From assembly GCA_041821485.1 (NCBI GenBank), contig JBGUEF010000003.1, forward strand, positions 1 to 36,485: a DNA stretch of 36,485 nt, in the 5' to 3' direction. The position numbers and the translations under genes were made by a program. The notes below the pieces were generated by a model. It was given only the letters and a program-made list of their open reading frames with translations, ran no database searches and was not told where the DNA came from. Shown in pieces: positions 18,772-27,581 of the stretch (its first letter is position 1; each line of letters starts with the position of its first letter). The DNA comes from Deltaproteobacteria bacterium. GTDB lineage: Bacteria; Myxococcota_A; Polyangia; Polyangiales; Houyiibacteriaceae.

Positions 18772-19404
18772 ATGTCTGTTGGGGCCGTTGCGGGGATCGA
18801 GGGGAAGCGGGTTGGAGCTAAGGCTTTGCCGCTTTCGGAGTTGTTGCCTCGGGGGCGCTTGGTTGAAGTTTCGGGGCGGCATGCCTGTGCGCGGACGACT
18901 ACGGCTGTGTCGTGCGTGATCCAAGCACAGGCCCGTGGGGAGCTCGTCGCTTGGGTGCAGCCGAAAGACGGCGCGTTGTTTCCTCCGGACCTCGATGCAG
19001 CGGGAGTTGATCTCGATGCGCTCATCGTGATTCAGGTACCGCGCCATGCGGGCCCCTTCGCATTGGTTCGCGCCGCCGAATGGCTTGCCCGTTCCGGCGC
19101 GTTCGAGTTGACGGTCATCGATCTCACCGACGCTCTGCCGCCTGGTTCTTCGGTGAACTGGCAAGGCCGTCTTCAAGGTCTGTTGCGTCAATACGAGAGA
19201 CGCATTCTCTTGCTCACCTCGAACGCATACGAAGATCCTTCTTCCGGCCCGTTGATCGGCTTGCGTGTCGAACCTCGGCGCAGCCCTCTCCATGCCGATC
19301 GCTTCGAAATTCACACACGTGTTCTCAAAGACAAGGTCGGCATCACCGCCGAGCTTTCGTCGACGAACCCCATCGCTCCCGCGGGTTTGCGAGGCACGTC
19401 ATGA
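18772..19404 (+). CDS. imuA: ImuA-like RecA-fold mutasome accessory protein
   Basis: LPRGRLVEVSG with degenerate Walker A (GRHACARTT), AWV...FPPDLDAAGVDLDAL, LARSGAFELTVIDL. First gene before imuB-dnaE2. Confidence 0.85.
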   Translation: MSVGAVAGIEGKRVGAKALPLSELLPRGRLVEVSGRHACARTTTAVSCVIQAQARGELVAWVQPKDGALFPPDLDAAGVDLDALIVIQVPRHAGPFALVRAAEWLARSGAFELTVIDLTDALPPGSSVNWQGRLQGLLRQYERRILLLTSNAYEDPSSGPLIGLRVEPRRSPLHADRFEIHTRVLKDKVGITAELSSTNPIAPAGLRGTS

Positions 19405-20891
19405 AGCGGGTGAGTTGTGTTCTATTACCGATGCTTCCGTTGCAAATTCTGTTGCGCAACAAGCCGCACTGGGCTGGTGCACCCATTTCCGTCGTCGACG
19501 ATGAAGGTCCCAACGGCCGGATCACGCATCTCAATGCGCTCGCTAAAAAAAGCCGTCTCCGCATTGGCATGCGTCAAACCGTCGCGCGTGATCTTCTCCC
19601 GAACCTGCACACCGCCGTCGTGTCGCCCGAAGAAACCGCGGATGTCAGTCACGAGCTGATCGCCTCTCTTCAAACGTTCTCACCCCGGGTCGAAGTGGCC
19701 AATCACGCCGGCGCGTTCTACGTCGACCCGGAAGGCCTCCGGCGCCTCTATGGCGGCTATCGCAACTGGGCGACGTCGATTCACCGTTATTTGCAGGCTC
19801 GACACTGGCACAACGCGGTGACGGTGGGCTTTCATCGCCAGCGAGCGCTCGCGGTCGCGATGACGCACAAGGGGGTTACCATCCCGAAAAGCGCCGACGA
19901 CGAGCGTCGACAGTCGGACCAAACACCTCTTCGTGAATTCGATTTGCCAGGCGAGCTTTGCGAAAGCTTGGGTGCATTGGGTATCGAAACATTGGGCGAG
20001 TTTCTCGTCTTACCTGCAAGCGAGCTTCATAGTCGCTTTGGCGCCAAAGCAAGCGCGCTCCACGACTCGTTTGCCGATGACATGCAGCTCCCCATTCAGC
20101 CGCATGCCTTTGACGATCCAGCATGCATCTCTTTCCAAGTCGATCCGCCCGACGAAGATCAAAACCGCTTGCTCTTCGCGATCAAGGGCGCCCTGCATTC
20201 GCTGCTCCATCAGGTCCGAGCGCGCGGCGAAGCCATTCAATCTCTGCAGCTTTCACTTCATTTGGAGCGCGCGCCTCTTCATCAAGAGCACATCGAGCCC
20301 GCTTCACCGACGTTGGATTTGATGTTGCTGCTCGATCTCGTTCGTCTTCGCTTGGCTGGTTTGGGCGAGGTGCGCATGCAAGGTGCAGTCGAGGAAGTGG
20401 AGCTTCTTGCCAACACCGTGCGCGCACGCGCAGAGCAGGTTGCGCTCCCTGGCCATCAATCTCGTCGCGACATGAGCGCTGCGCATCGAGCGCTCGACCG
20501 AATCCGCGCTGCCTACGGCGAGCACTCGGTCACGAAGGCTCGCGTGCGCGAGGCGCATTTGCCCGAGGCTTCGTTCCGCTGGGAGCCCATCCAGCACGCT
20601 GGGGTCGGCAAGCAAAACGATTCGCCTCCAATTTCTTCTATGATTCGGCGTGTTTATGCCCAGCCAAAGCCTCTTCCTCCCCGCATGCCCAAGGAGCCGG
20701 AGGCCGGTCCCGCGCTCGCAAAAGACCACGCGATCGAGCACATGTACGGGCCGTACCGCGTGAGCGGTGGTTGGTGGAAGCGCCTCGTCGAACGCGACTA
20801 CTACTACGCCGAAACCGATCACGGTGACTTGCTCTGGCTCTTCTACGACCGCCCCCGGAAGCGCTGGTTCTTGCACGGAGTGCTCGATTGA
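19401..20891 (+). CDS. imuB: ImuB, catalytically inactive Y-family polymerase
   Basis: ATGA overlap with imuA. Y-family fold remnants (N..A...LRIGM, FSPRVE, LGIETLGEF) without the N-terminal catalytic Asp motif. C-terminal GPYRVSGGWW...RDYY. Confidence 0.9.
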   Translation: MKRVSCVLLPMLPLQILLRNKPHWAGAPISVVDDEGPNGRITHLNALAKKSRLRIGMRQTVARDLLPNLHTAVVSPEETADVSHELIASLQTFSPRVEVANHAGAFYVDPEGLRRLYGGYRNWATSIHRYLQARHWHNAVTVGFHRQRALAVAMTHKGVTIPKSADDERRQSDQTPLREFDLPGELCESLGALGIETLGEFLVLPASELHSRFGAKASALHDSFADDMQLPIQPHAFDDPACISFQVDPPDEDQNRLLFAIKGALHSLLHQVRARGEAIQSLQLSLHLERAPLHQEHIEPASPTLDLMLLLDLVRLRLAGLGEVRMQGAVEEVELLANTVRARAEQVALPGHQSRRDMSAAHRALDRIRAAYGEHSVTKARVREAHLPEASFRWEPIQHAGVGKQNDSPPISSMIRRVYAQPKPLPPRMPKEPEAGPALAKDHAIEHMYGPYRVSGGWWKRLVERDYYYAETDHGDLLWLFYDRPRKRWFLHGVLD

Positions 20892-23800
20892 ATGGGCGCT
20901 TACGTTCCGTTGTGGGTCAAAAGCAATCACAGCTTTTTGGAAGGCGCCTCCTTTCCCGAAGAGCTCGTCGAGCGTGCACATGCGCTTGGTCTTCCCGCCG
21001 TTGCCATCACAGACCGTGACGGAGTCTACGGCTTGGTTCGCGCGCACATGCGAGCCAAAGAGCTCGGTATCCGCATCTTAATCGGCGCACAACTCACCGT
21101 CGATATCGAAGGGAGTGCGCATCACCTCGTTGCGCTCGCCAAGACTCGGCGTGGCTACGCCGACCTGTGCAGAGCCTTGTCACTGGGGCACGCTCGATGC
21201 GAGAAGGGTATTTCGCTCATCCATGCGGGCGACCTCGAACAGGTACGCGATGTATTCTTTCTCTGTGCAACATCAGCAACGTTGCGCATGTTGCATGCGA
21301 GTCACGGGCCTTCGTCGTTGTTTGCTCTTTGTGCGCGTCATCTCATCGACCTCGAGAAGCCACGAGAAAGAGCTTTGCGGTCTGTCGCGAGAGAGCTCGA
21401 CGTAAAGACCGTTGGCGCCAACGAAGTTCTCTATCACGATAAGCTCCGCCGCCCGCTTCAGGACATTTTAGCCTGTATTCGCGGGGGGAAAGTCCTCTCG
21501 GAGGCCGGTCATACGATCTGTGCAAACGCAGAGCACGACCTCAAATCCACTGGCGAAATCGAGCATCTGTTTGCAGATGACCTCGCAGGCCTTCGTCGCA
21601 CCCTCGAAATTGCCGAGCAGTGCGTGTTCAGCCTCGATGACCTTCGTTATCGATACCCGGAGGAGCATCTTCCTTCCGGGCGAACCGAGCAGGGCTGGTT
21701 GCAAGAGCTCACCTTGCAAGGCGCGCGAACGCGTTACCAAGGGAAGGTGCCTGCTGACGTTCGCGCACAGCTCGAACGCGAGCTTCAGATCATCCGCAAG
21801 CTCGACTACGGAGGTTACTTCCTCACGATGCACGAGATTGTCCAGTACTGCCGTGAACAAGAGATCCTATGTCAAGGCCGTGGCAGCGCTGCCAACAGCG
21901 CAGTGTGTTTTTGTTTGGGCATCACGGCAATCGATCCCGTGCGTATGGATCTCTTGTTCGAACGCTTCTTGAGCGTCGAGCGCGCGGAGCCTCCTGACAT
22001 CGATCTCGACATCGAACACGATCGCCGCGAAGAAGTCATCCAGCACGTCTACGAAAAGTACGGACGTCGGCATGCCGCGATGGTCGCAAACATCATTCGG
22101 TATCGCATCCGCTCCGCGGTGCGTGACGTGGGCAAGGTCCTCGGCTTGTCGCGAACCGATCTGGAAACCGCCACGCGACTTCTCAGGCATCGCGACGACG
22201 TGCTCAATCCCGAGCTCCTCCGGGAAGCCGGCCTCGACAAAGACTCGCCCGCTACGCATCACCTCTGGTCTCTAGCGTCGCAAGTGCTCGACTTTCCTCG
22301 TCATTTGTCGATTCATCCGGGTGGCTTTCTGCTCGGGCACCGCCCGGTCGATGAGATCGTTCCCATCGAGCCGGCGACCATGGAAGCGCGCACCGTCATC
22401 CAGTGGGACAAGTACGACGTCGACAACCTCGCGCTGTTCAAGGTCGATCTTCTCGGCCTCGGTGCGCTCACCTGCATTCACCATGCGTTTGATCTGTTAC
22501 GCGAGCACAAGGGGCAGTCGCTCGAAATCGCAACCGTTCCGGCCGAAGACAAAGCCACATACGACATGGTGTCGAGAGGCGACACGGTCGGCGTGTTTCA
22601 GATCGAAAGCCGTGCGCAGATGGCGATGCTGCCGCGGCTTCGCCCGCGAACGTTTTATGACTTGGTGATCGAAGTGGCGATTGTAAGACCGGGCCCAATT
22701 CAAGGTGACATGGTGCACCCGTACTTGCGACGGCGGAAGGGCGAAGAAGAAGTCCTCTATCCACACCCGAAGCTCGAGCGCATCTTGAAGAAGACACTCG
22801 GCGTTCCGATCTTTCAAGAGCAGGTCATGAAGCTTGCTGTCGAAGCGGCCGGATACACACCAGGCGAAGCCGATCAGTTACGTCGCGACATGGCGGCATG
22901 GCGCAAATCGGGACGCATCGAAAAGCACCGAACACGCATGATCCCACGCATGCTCGCCGAGGGCATTCCCGAAGATTTTGCGGAGCGCGTGTTCTCCCAA
23001 ATCCGCGGCTTTGGTGAGTACGGGTTCCCGGAGAGTCACGCAGCCTCCTTTGCATTGCTGGCGTACGTCACCGCATGGCTCCGCTGCCACCACCACGAAG
23101 TGTTTACCTGCGCGATCTTGAACGCCCAGCCGATGGGGTTCTACACCCCAGCCACCCTGGTCGAAGACGCCAAGCGCCACGGCGTCGAAGTCCGCCCCAT
23201 CGACATCAATAAAAGCCAATGGAATTGCACCCTTACCCCGATAGAACCGCGCCTCTGCGAAGGGGGCCGAAGCCCCGTGGAGCACGCAAAGCGTGATCTC
23301 TACGGGGTGAGGATGGGGCTCCGGTACGTGAAAGGGCTCGGGGTCATCGAGCGGGAGCGTCTCGAATCCGCAGAACCTCCGTACCCGAACCTCGCAACCT
23401 TCGTTCGCCAAACTCGACTCAGCAAGAAGGCCCTGCATGCGCTAGCCGAAGCGGGCGCATTCGAATGCTTTGGGCTCAACCGGCGTGACGCGATTTGGCA
23501 GGTACGCAGCCTCTCGCGCTTCGCGCAGGATTCATTGCAGCTCGAACCTTCGTCGAGCCAGATTTCGTTCGCGTCGTTGGCGAGCGACGACCAGGTCCTC
23601 TGGGACTACCGTTCGAGTCACCACAGCACTCGAGGTCATCCCATGCGAGGCCTTCGTCATGCCTTACGTTCGCAGGGTATTCCCGAAGCGACTCTCATTC
23701 GCGGCCGCGCACATGGAGACGAGCTCGACTACGTCGGCATGGTGATCTGCCGTCAGCGTCCCGGCACCGCATCCGGCGTCACCTTCTTCACGCTCGAAGA

Positions 23801-23999
23801 TGAAACCGGCTTCGTCAACGTCGTCGTGTGGAAGCAAGTGTTCGATCGCCATGCCGCGCTTGCCAAGACCGCTGCCCTACTCGGTGTGACCGGTGAAATT
23901 CAGAAGGCGGACGGAGTCATTCACCTGATCGCCAAGTCACTATGGGCGCCGGATGTTGCTCTTGCGGAGCAAATCCACCGCTCCCGGGATTTCCACTGA
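20892..23999 (+). CDS. dnaE2: Error-prone DNA polymerase III alpha, DnaE2/ImuC
   Basis: PHP domain SFLEGAS.PEELV, AITDRD. GRGSAANS, PPDIDLD, FQIESRAQM, GFPESHA, OB-fold RQRPGTASG, C-terminal SRDFH signature. Confidence 0.97.
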   Translation: MGAYVPLWVKSNHSFLEGASFPEELVERAHALGLPAVAITDRDGVYGLVRAHMRAKELGIRILIGAQLTVDIEGSAHHLVALAKTRRGYADLCRALSLGHARCEKGISLIHAGDLEQVRDVFFLCATSATLRMLHASHGPSSLFALCARHLIDLEKPRERALRSVARELDVKTVGANEVLYHDKLRRPLQDILACIRGGKVLSEAGHTICANAEHDLKSTGEIEHLFADDLAGLRRTLEIAEQCVFSLDDLRYRYPEEHLPSGRTEQGWLQELTLQGARTRYQGKVPADVRAQLERELQIIRKLDYGGYFLTMHEIVQYCREQEILCQGRGSAANSAVCFCLGITAIDPVRMDLLFERFLSVERAEPPDIDLDIEHDRREEVIQHVYEKYGRRHAAMVANIIRYRIRSAVRDVGKVLGLSRTDLETATRLLRHRDDVLNPELLREAGLDKDSPATHHLWSLASQVLDFPRHLSIHPGGFLLGHRPVDEIVPIEPATMEARTVIQWDKYDVDNLALFKVDLLGLGALTCIHHAFDLLREHKGQSLEIATVPAEDKATYDMVSRGDTVGVFQIESRAQMAMLPRLRPRTFYDLVIEVAIVRPGPIQGDMVHPYLRRRKGEEEVLYPHPKLERILKKTLGVPIFQEQVMKLAVEAAGYTPGEADQLRRDMAAWRKSGRIEKHRTRMIPRMLAEGIPEDFAERVFSQIRGFGEYGFPESHAASFALLAYVTAWLRCHHHEVFTCAILNAQPMGFYTPATLVEDAKRHGVEVRPIDINKSQWNCTLTPIEPRLCEGGRSPVEHAKRDLYGVRMGLRYVKGLGVIERERLESAEPPYPNLATFVRQTRLSKKALHALAEAGAFECFGLNRRDAIWQVRSLSRFAQDSLQLEPSSSQISFASLASDDQVLWDYRSSHHSTRGHPMRGLRHALRSQGIPEATLIRGRAHGDELDYVGMVICRQRPGTASGVTFFTLEDETGFVNVVVWKQVFDRHAALAKTAALLGVTGEIQKADGVIHLIAKSLWAPDVALAEQIHRSRDFH

Positions 24000-24013
24000 A
24001 GGCCCCGGTCAGC

Positions 24014-24439
24014 CTAGGCCATTGCGCCAAAGCCCAAGAGGCCCAGCTGAACGACCCAATAGGCCTCGATGCCCAACTGCACGGAATGGAACGTCGCTCG
24101 CAACGTCACCGCAAGTTCGCTCGTCGAAATCAGGTGCACCGTCGTCTGCGCCACGCGTGCCACCAGTGCCCAGCGAGCCAGCGAATCGGTGATTCCCGCA
24201 TTGTCGGTCACCAGCGCGAGCAGGATGAGCGCGGCAAAGATCGGCAGATTCTCATAACAGTTGGCATGGGCGCGGCACAGCCTGTTGGCAAACGGCGAGA
24301 CCTCCTCCCCACTTGGGGAGAACGAGTTCGCAGCGCGCTTCTTCGCAAGCACGAGCGCTGTTCGAAAAGACAAGATCGTGATGGCCAGTAGCAGCATCCA
24401 CGCTACGTAACCGACCAGTGCAAGAGCAGATGGCGACAT
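24014..24439 (-). CDS. MAPEG family membrane protein
   Basis: R..RAHANCYENLPIF motif, AR..Q..VHL, about 4 TM in 141 aa. GGAG RBS. Confidence 0.88.
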   Translation of the reverse strand: MSPSALALVGYVAWMLLLAITILSFRTALVLAKKRAANSFSPSGEEVSPFANRLCRAHANCYENLPIFAALILLALVTDNAGITDSLARWALVARVAQTTVHLISTSELAVTLRATFHSVQLGIEAYWVVQLGLLGFGAMA

Positions 24440-24469
24440 GGTGATTCTCCGGTTTCTCGTCGTTGCAAG

Positions 24470-24973
24470 CTACTCGAGCGGCAGCTCGGGCTCGTCGCGC
24501 CGCGGCTGCAGACTCTCGCGCTCGATGGTCCGCACGCACGCGTTCCACCTCAAGATCGCGTCGTCTACCCCGGCGGGCTTGAGCGCGTCCGCCTGCTCGT
24601 AGTGTTGCATCGCTTCGTGCAGGCCCTCATACGCGAACGCGCGCTGCATCCCACCGTGCAGCAAATGCGCCCGTCCTTGGCGCTCCGCCACGAGCCCCAG
24701 GTAATATGCGCGCTCGTAATCTCCCGAAAGCTTGCCAACGTGTTCCTTCGCACGACGGACTCCGTGGGAGCCGACACTTCGACGGAACTGGTCGGTGAGC
24801 GACAAGACCAAGATGATACGCGCCGATTCGTTGCCGTCGTCGACCGCCAGAATGTCGAGACAAATGCTCTCGGCTTGCTCTGGGTCGTTGAGCAAACGGT
24901 AGTGCTCGGCCCGCTCGACGGCGTGCTCGATCGCGTCAGGTGAAATGCGTTTGAGATCGAAACGTTCTGTCAT
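24470..24973 (-). CDS. Hypothetical all-helical (TPR-like) protein coupled to the Sdh operon
   Basis: 167 aa. ATGA overlap with the Fe-S subunit stop. Helical pairs AEHYRLLNDPEQAESICLDIL and YERAYYLGLVAER. Confidence 0.75.
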   Translation of the reverse strand: MTERFDLKRISPDAIEHAVERAEHYRLLNDPEQAESICLDILAVDDGNESARIILVLSLTDQFRRSVGSHGVRRAKEHVGKLSGDYERAYYLGLVAERQGRAHLLHGGMQRAFAYEGLHEAMQHYEQADALKPAGVDDAILRWNACVRTIERESLQPRRDEPELPLE

Positions 24974-25749
24974 CCTGATTGCTCCTCCGAACGTGTCTTG
25001 GTTCGTACCTTACGCCCGGCGAAGAGCCGAGCCAAGCGCGCAAGCGGGTCGTAGTATCGATCCACGACCCGCTCCTTGAGAGGAATGATGCCGTTATCCG
25101 TGATGTTGATGTGCTCCGGGCAGGTTTCCGTGCAGCACCGCGTGATGTTGCACATCCCCGAGCCGTATTCCTTCTTGATCTCGGGCACACGGTCGTCGTC
25201 GTCGAGCGGATGCATCTCCAAGCTGGCGAGACGAATCATGAAGCGGGGGCCGACGAAGGCGTCCTTCCTGTCGCGGTCGCGCACGACGTGGCACACGTCC
25301 TGGCAGAGAAAGCACTCGATGCACTTTCGAAACTCCTGAACCCGGTCCACGTCCTGCTGGTACATCCGGTGCTCGCCGTCGCGACCACGGGGTTTGGGCT
25401 TGAAGGGCGCAATCCGCTTGTTTTGCTCGTAATTCCAGGAGACATCACAGGTGAGATCTTTGATGACCGGAAACGCCTTCAGGGGCTGCACGGTGATGAC
25501 CTCCTCAGGCCCGAAGCTGTTCATGCGCGTCATGCAGGCGAGCCGCGGCTGGCCGTTGATCTCCATGCTGCATGAGCCGCACTTTCCGGCTTTGCAGTTC
25601 CATCGGATCGCCAGGTCGTTGGCTTGGAGGGCCTGAATGCGATGCAAGACATCGAGAACGACCATGCCCTCGTCGACCTCCGCGTCATACTGATTGAACT
25701 CGCCGCCGTGTACGTCACCGCGCCAAACCTTGAACGTGCGTGTGCTCAT
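24970..25749 (-). CDS. sdhB: Succinate dehydrogenase/fumarate reductase iron-sulfur subunit (Sdh1-type)
   Basis: Start MSTRTFKVWRG (25749). Cluster motifs CKAGKCGSC...C, CIECFLCQDVC, CNITRCCTETCP. Confidence 0.93.
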   Translation of the reverse strand: MSTRTFKVWRGDVHGGEFNQYDAEVDEGMVVLDVLHRIQALQANDLAIRWNCKAGKCGSCSMEINGQPRLACMTRMNSFGPEEVITVQPLKAFPVIKDLTCDVSWNYEQNKRIAPFKPKPRGRDGEHRMYQQDVDRVQEFRKCIECFLCQDVCHVVRDRDRKDAFVGPRFMIRLASLEMHPLDDDDRVPEIKKEYGSGMCNITRCCTETCPEHINITDNGIIPLKERVVDRYYDPLARLARLFAGRKVRTKTRSEEQSG

Positions 25750-27575
25750 TCTACTTGGCCTCCCTCGAGCTCTTCGAGCGTCGCGTAGGCAATCGCCGCG
25801 AGCTCTTTGGGTGGATCGGAGCGCTCTACTTTCGCGACTTGCATCTCGCCGCCCGGCCCCTTTTTGGTGACGACGTTGAAGCGTGCACACTCTTCGCGCT
25901 CGCCTTCGAAGTCGAGCCGCGTGTGCGCACCACGACTCTCCTCACGAATGTACGCGGCCCGCGCTACCGCTTCACCGACGATCAACAGTGACTTGACCGA
26001 TAGGGCCTCGTGCCAACCGGGGTTGTACTGGCTGGTCCCCGGAGCTTTCAGATTCTGCGCGCGCACCTTCAACGCTTTGAGCTGCTCGACCGCGGTTTGG
26101 AGCTCTTCCCCGGTCCGGACGATGCCCACATTGGTGCTCATCACCTCTTGGAGCGCCTCGTGCATCAAGTAGGGATTCTCCCCGGATTCCCGGTTCAAGA
26201 TGTCGGTCGCCTCTCGGAAAGCGGCGATGATCTGCGCGTCATCTGCGCGGGGCGTCGCGTCCAGATCGGACAGGTAAGAAGCGACACCAAGCCCGGCGAG
26301 GCGTCCGAAGACGATGAGGTCGGAGAGCGAGTTGCCGCCGAGACGGTTCGCCCCGTGCAAACCCGCCGCACACTCCCCGCATGCAAATAGACCAGGCACA
26401 TTGGTCTGCTGCGCGTCCGCGTCGACTCGAATCCCACCCATGAAGTAGTGAAGCGTCGGACCGACCTCCATTGGCGTCGTGGTGATGTCGACTTCTGCTA
26501 ACTCTTTGAACTGGTGGTACATCGACGGCAGCTTGCGCCGAATCGACTCTGCGGGCCGGCGCGATGCGATGTCGAGAAATGCGCCGCCGTGCGGTGAGCC
26601 GCGACCGGCCTGCACCTCGGCTCGAATCGCGCGCGCAACCACGTCGCGCGTGAGAAGCTCGGGCGGACGTCGCGCGCTCGGATCGTCGGGCCACTTGTCT
26701 GCCTCGAGGATCGTGTCGGCCGTCTCGGGAGCAAAGCGCTTCGGGATGTAGTTGAACATGAAGCGCTCGCCCTTGTTGTTGAGCAAGATGCCTCCATCCC
26801 CGCGAACGCCTTCGGTCACTAAGGTCCCGCGGACCGAGGGCGGCCAGACCATGCCGGTCGGATGGAACTGGGTGAACTCGAGATCCATGAGCTCTGCCCC
26901 GGCGTCGTATGCCAAGGCCGCGCCGTCGCCGGTGTACTCCCAAGAGTTGCTGGTCACGTTCCATGCCTTGCCACCGCCACCGGTGGCCATGATCACAGCA
27001 GAGGTCCGAAATAGGACAAATCTGCCTGTGTCACGCCAGTAACCTGCCACTCCTGCGATTCGACCCCCGTCGACGAGAAGCCGAAGGGCGGTGCATTCCA
27101 TGTGGAAGTGGATGCCCTGGTGGACCCCATGATCCTGAAGCGTGCGAATGAGCTCGAGACCCGTGCGATCGCCGACATGCGCGAGACGGGGGTAACGATG
27201 ACCACCGAAGTTGCGCTGGTTGATCAGCCCATCGGGGGTGCGATCGAACACCGCGCCCCACTCCTCGAGCTCGCGCACGCGCTCGGGTGCCTGCTTCGCG
27301 TGGAGCTCCGCCATGCGCCATTGATTGAGGAACTTCCCGCCGCGCATCGTGTCGCGAAAGTGGATCTTCCAGTTGTCGCGCCGATCCACGTTGCCAAGCG
27401 AAGCGGCCATGCCGCCCTCGGCCATGACCGTGTGGGCCTTACCAAGCAAGCTCTTGGAGATGACCCCGGTGTTGAGCCCGCGTGCGCTGCACTCGATGGC
27501 TGCGCGGAGGCCCGCGCCACCTGCACCGATGACGAGCACGTCGTGTTCGAATGTTTGAATCTCGCTGACGTTCAT
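25746..27575 (-). CDS. sdhA: Succinate dehydrogenase/fumarate reductase flavoprotein subunit (Sdh1-type)
   Basis: GAGGAG Rossmann motif, covalent-FAD AHTVMAEGG, QFHPTG, TEGVRGDGG, TRDVVARA, HYFMGG, HGANRLGGNSL, ESRGAH. Confidence 0.96.
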   Translation of the reverse strand: MNVSEIQTFEHDVLVIGAGGAGLRAAIECSARGLNTGVISKSLLGKAHTVMAEGGMAASLGNVDRRDNWKIHFRDTMRGGKFLNQWRMAELHAKQAPERVRELEEWGAVFDRTPDGLINQRNFGGHRYPRLAHVGDRTGLELIRTLQDHGVHQGIHFHMECTALRLLVDGGRIAGVAGYWRDTGRFVLFRTSAVIMATGGGGKAWNVTSNSWEYTGDGAALAYDAGAELMDLEFTQFHPTGMVWPPSVRGTLVTEGVRGDGGILLNNKGERFMFNYIPKRFAPETADTILEADKWPDDPSARRPPELLTRDVVARAIRAEVQAGRGSPHGGAFLDIASRRPAESIRRKLPSMYHQFKELAEVDITTTPMEVGPTLHYFMGGIRVDADAQQTNVPGLFACGECAAGLHGANRLGGNSLSDLIVFGRLAGLGVASYLSDLDATPRADDAQIIAAFREATDILNRESGENPYLMHEALQEVMSTNVGIVRTGEELQTAVEQLKALKVRAQNLKAPGTSQYNPGWHEALSVKSLLIVGEAVARAAYIREESRGAHTRLDFEGEREECARFNVVTKKGPGGEMQVAKVERSDPPKELAAIAYATLEELEGGQVE

Positions 27576-27581
27576 CGATCT

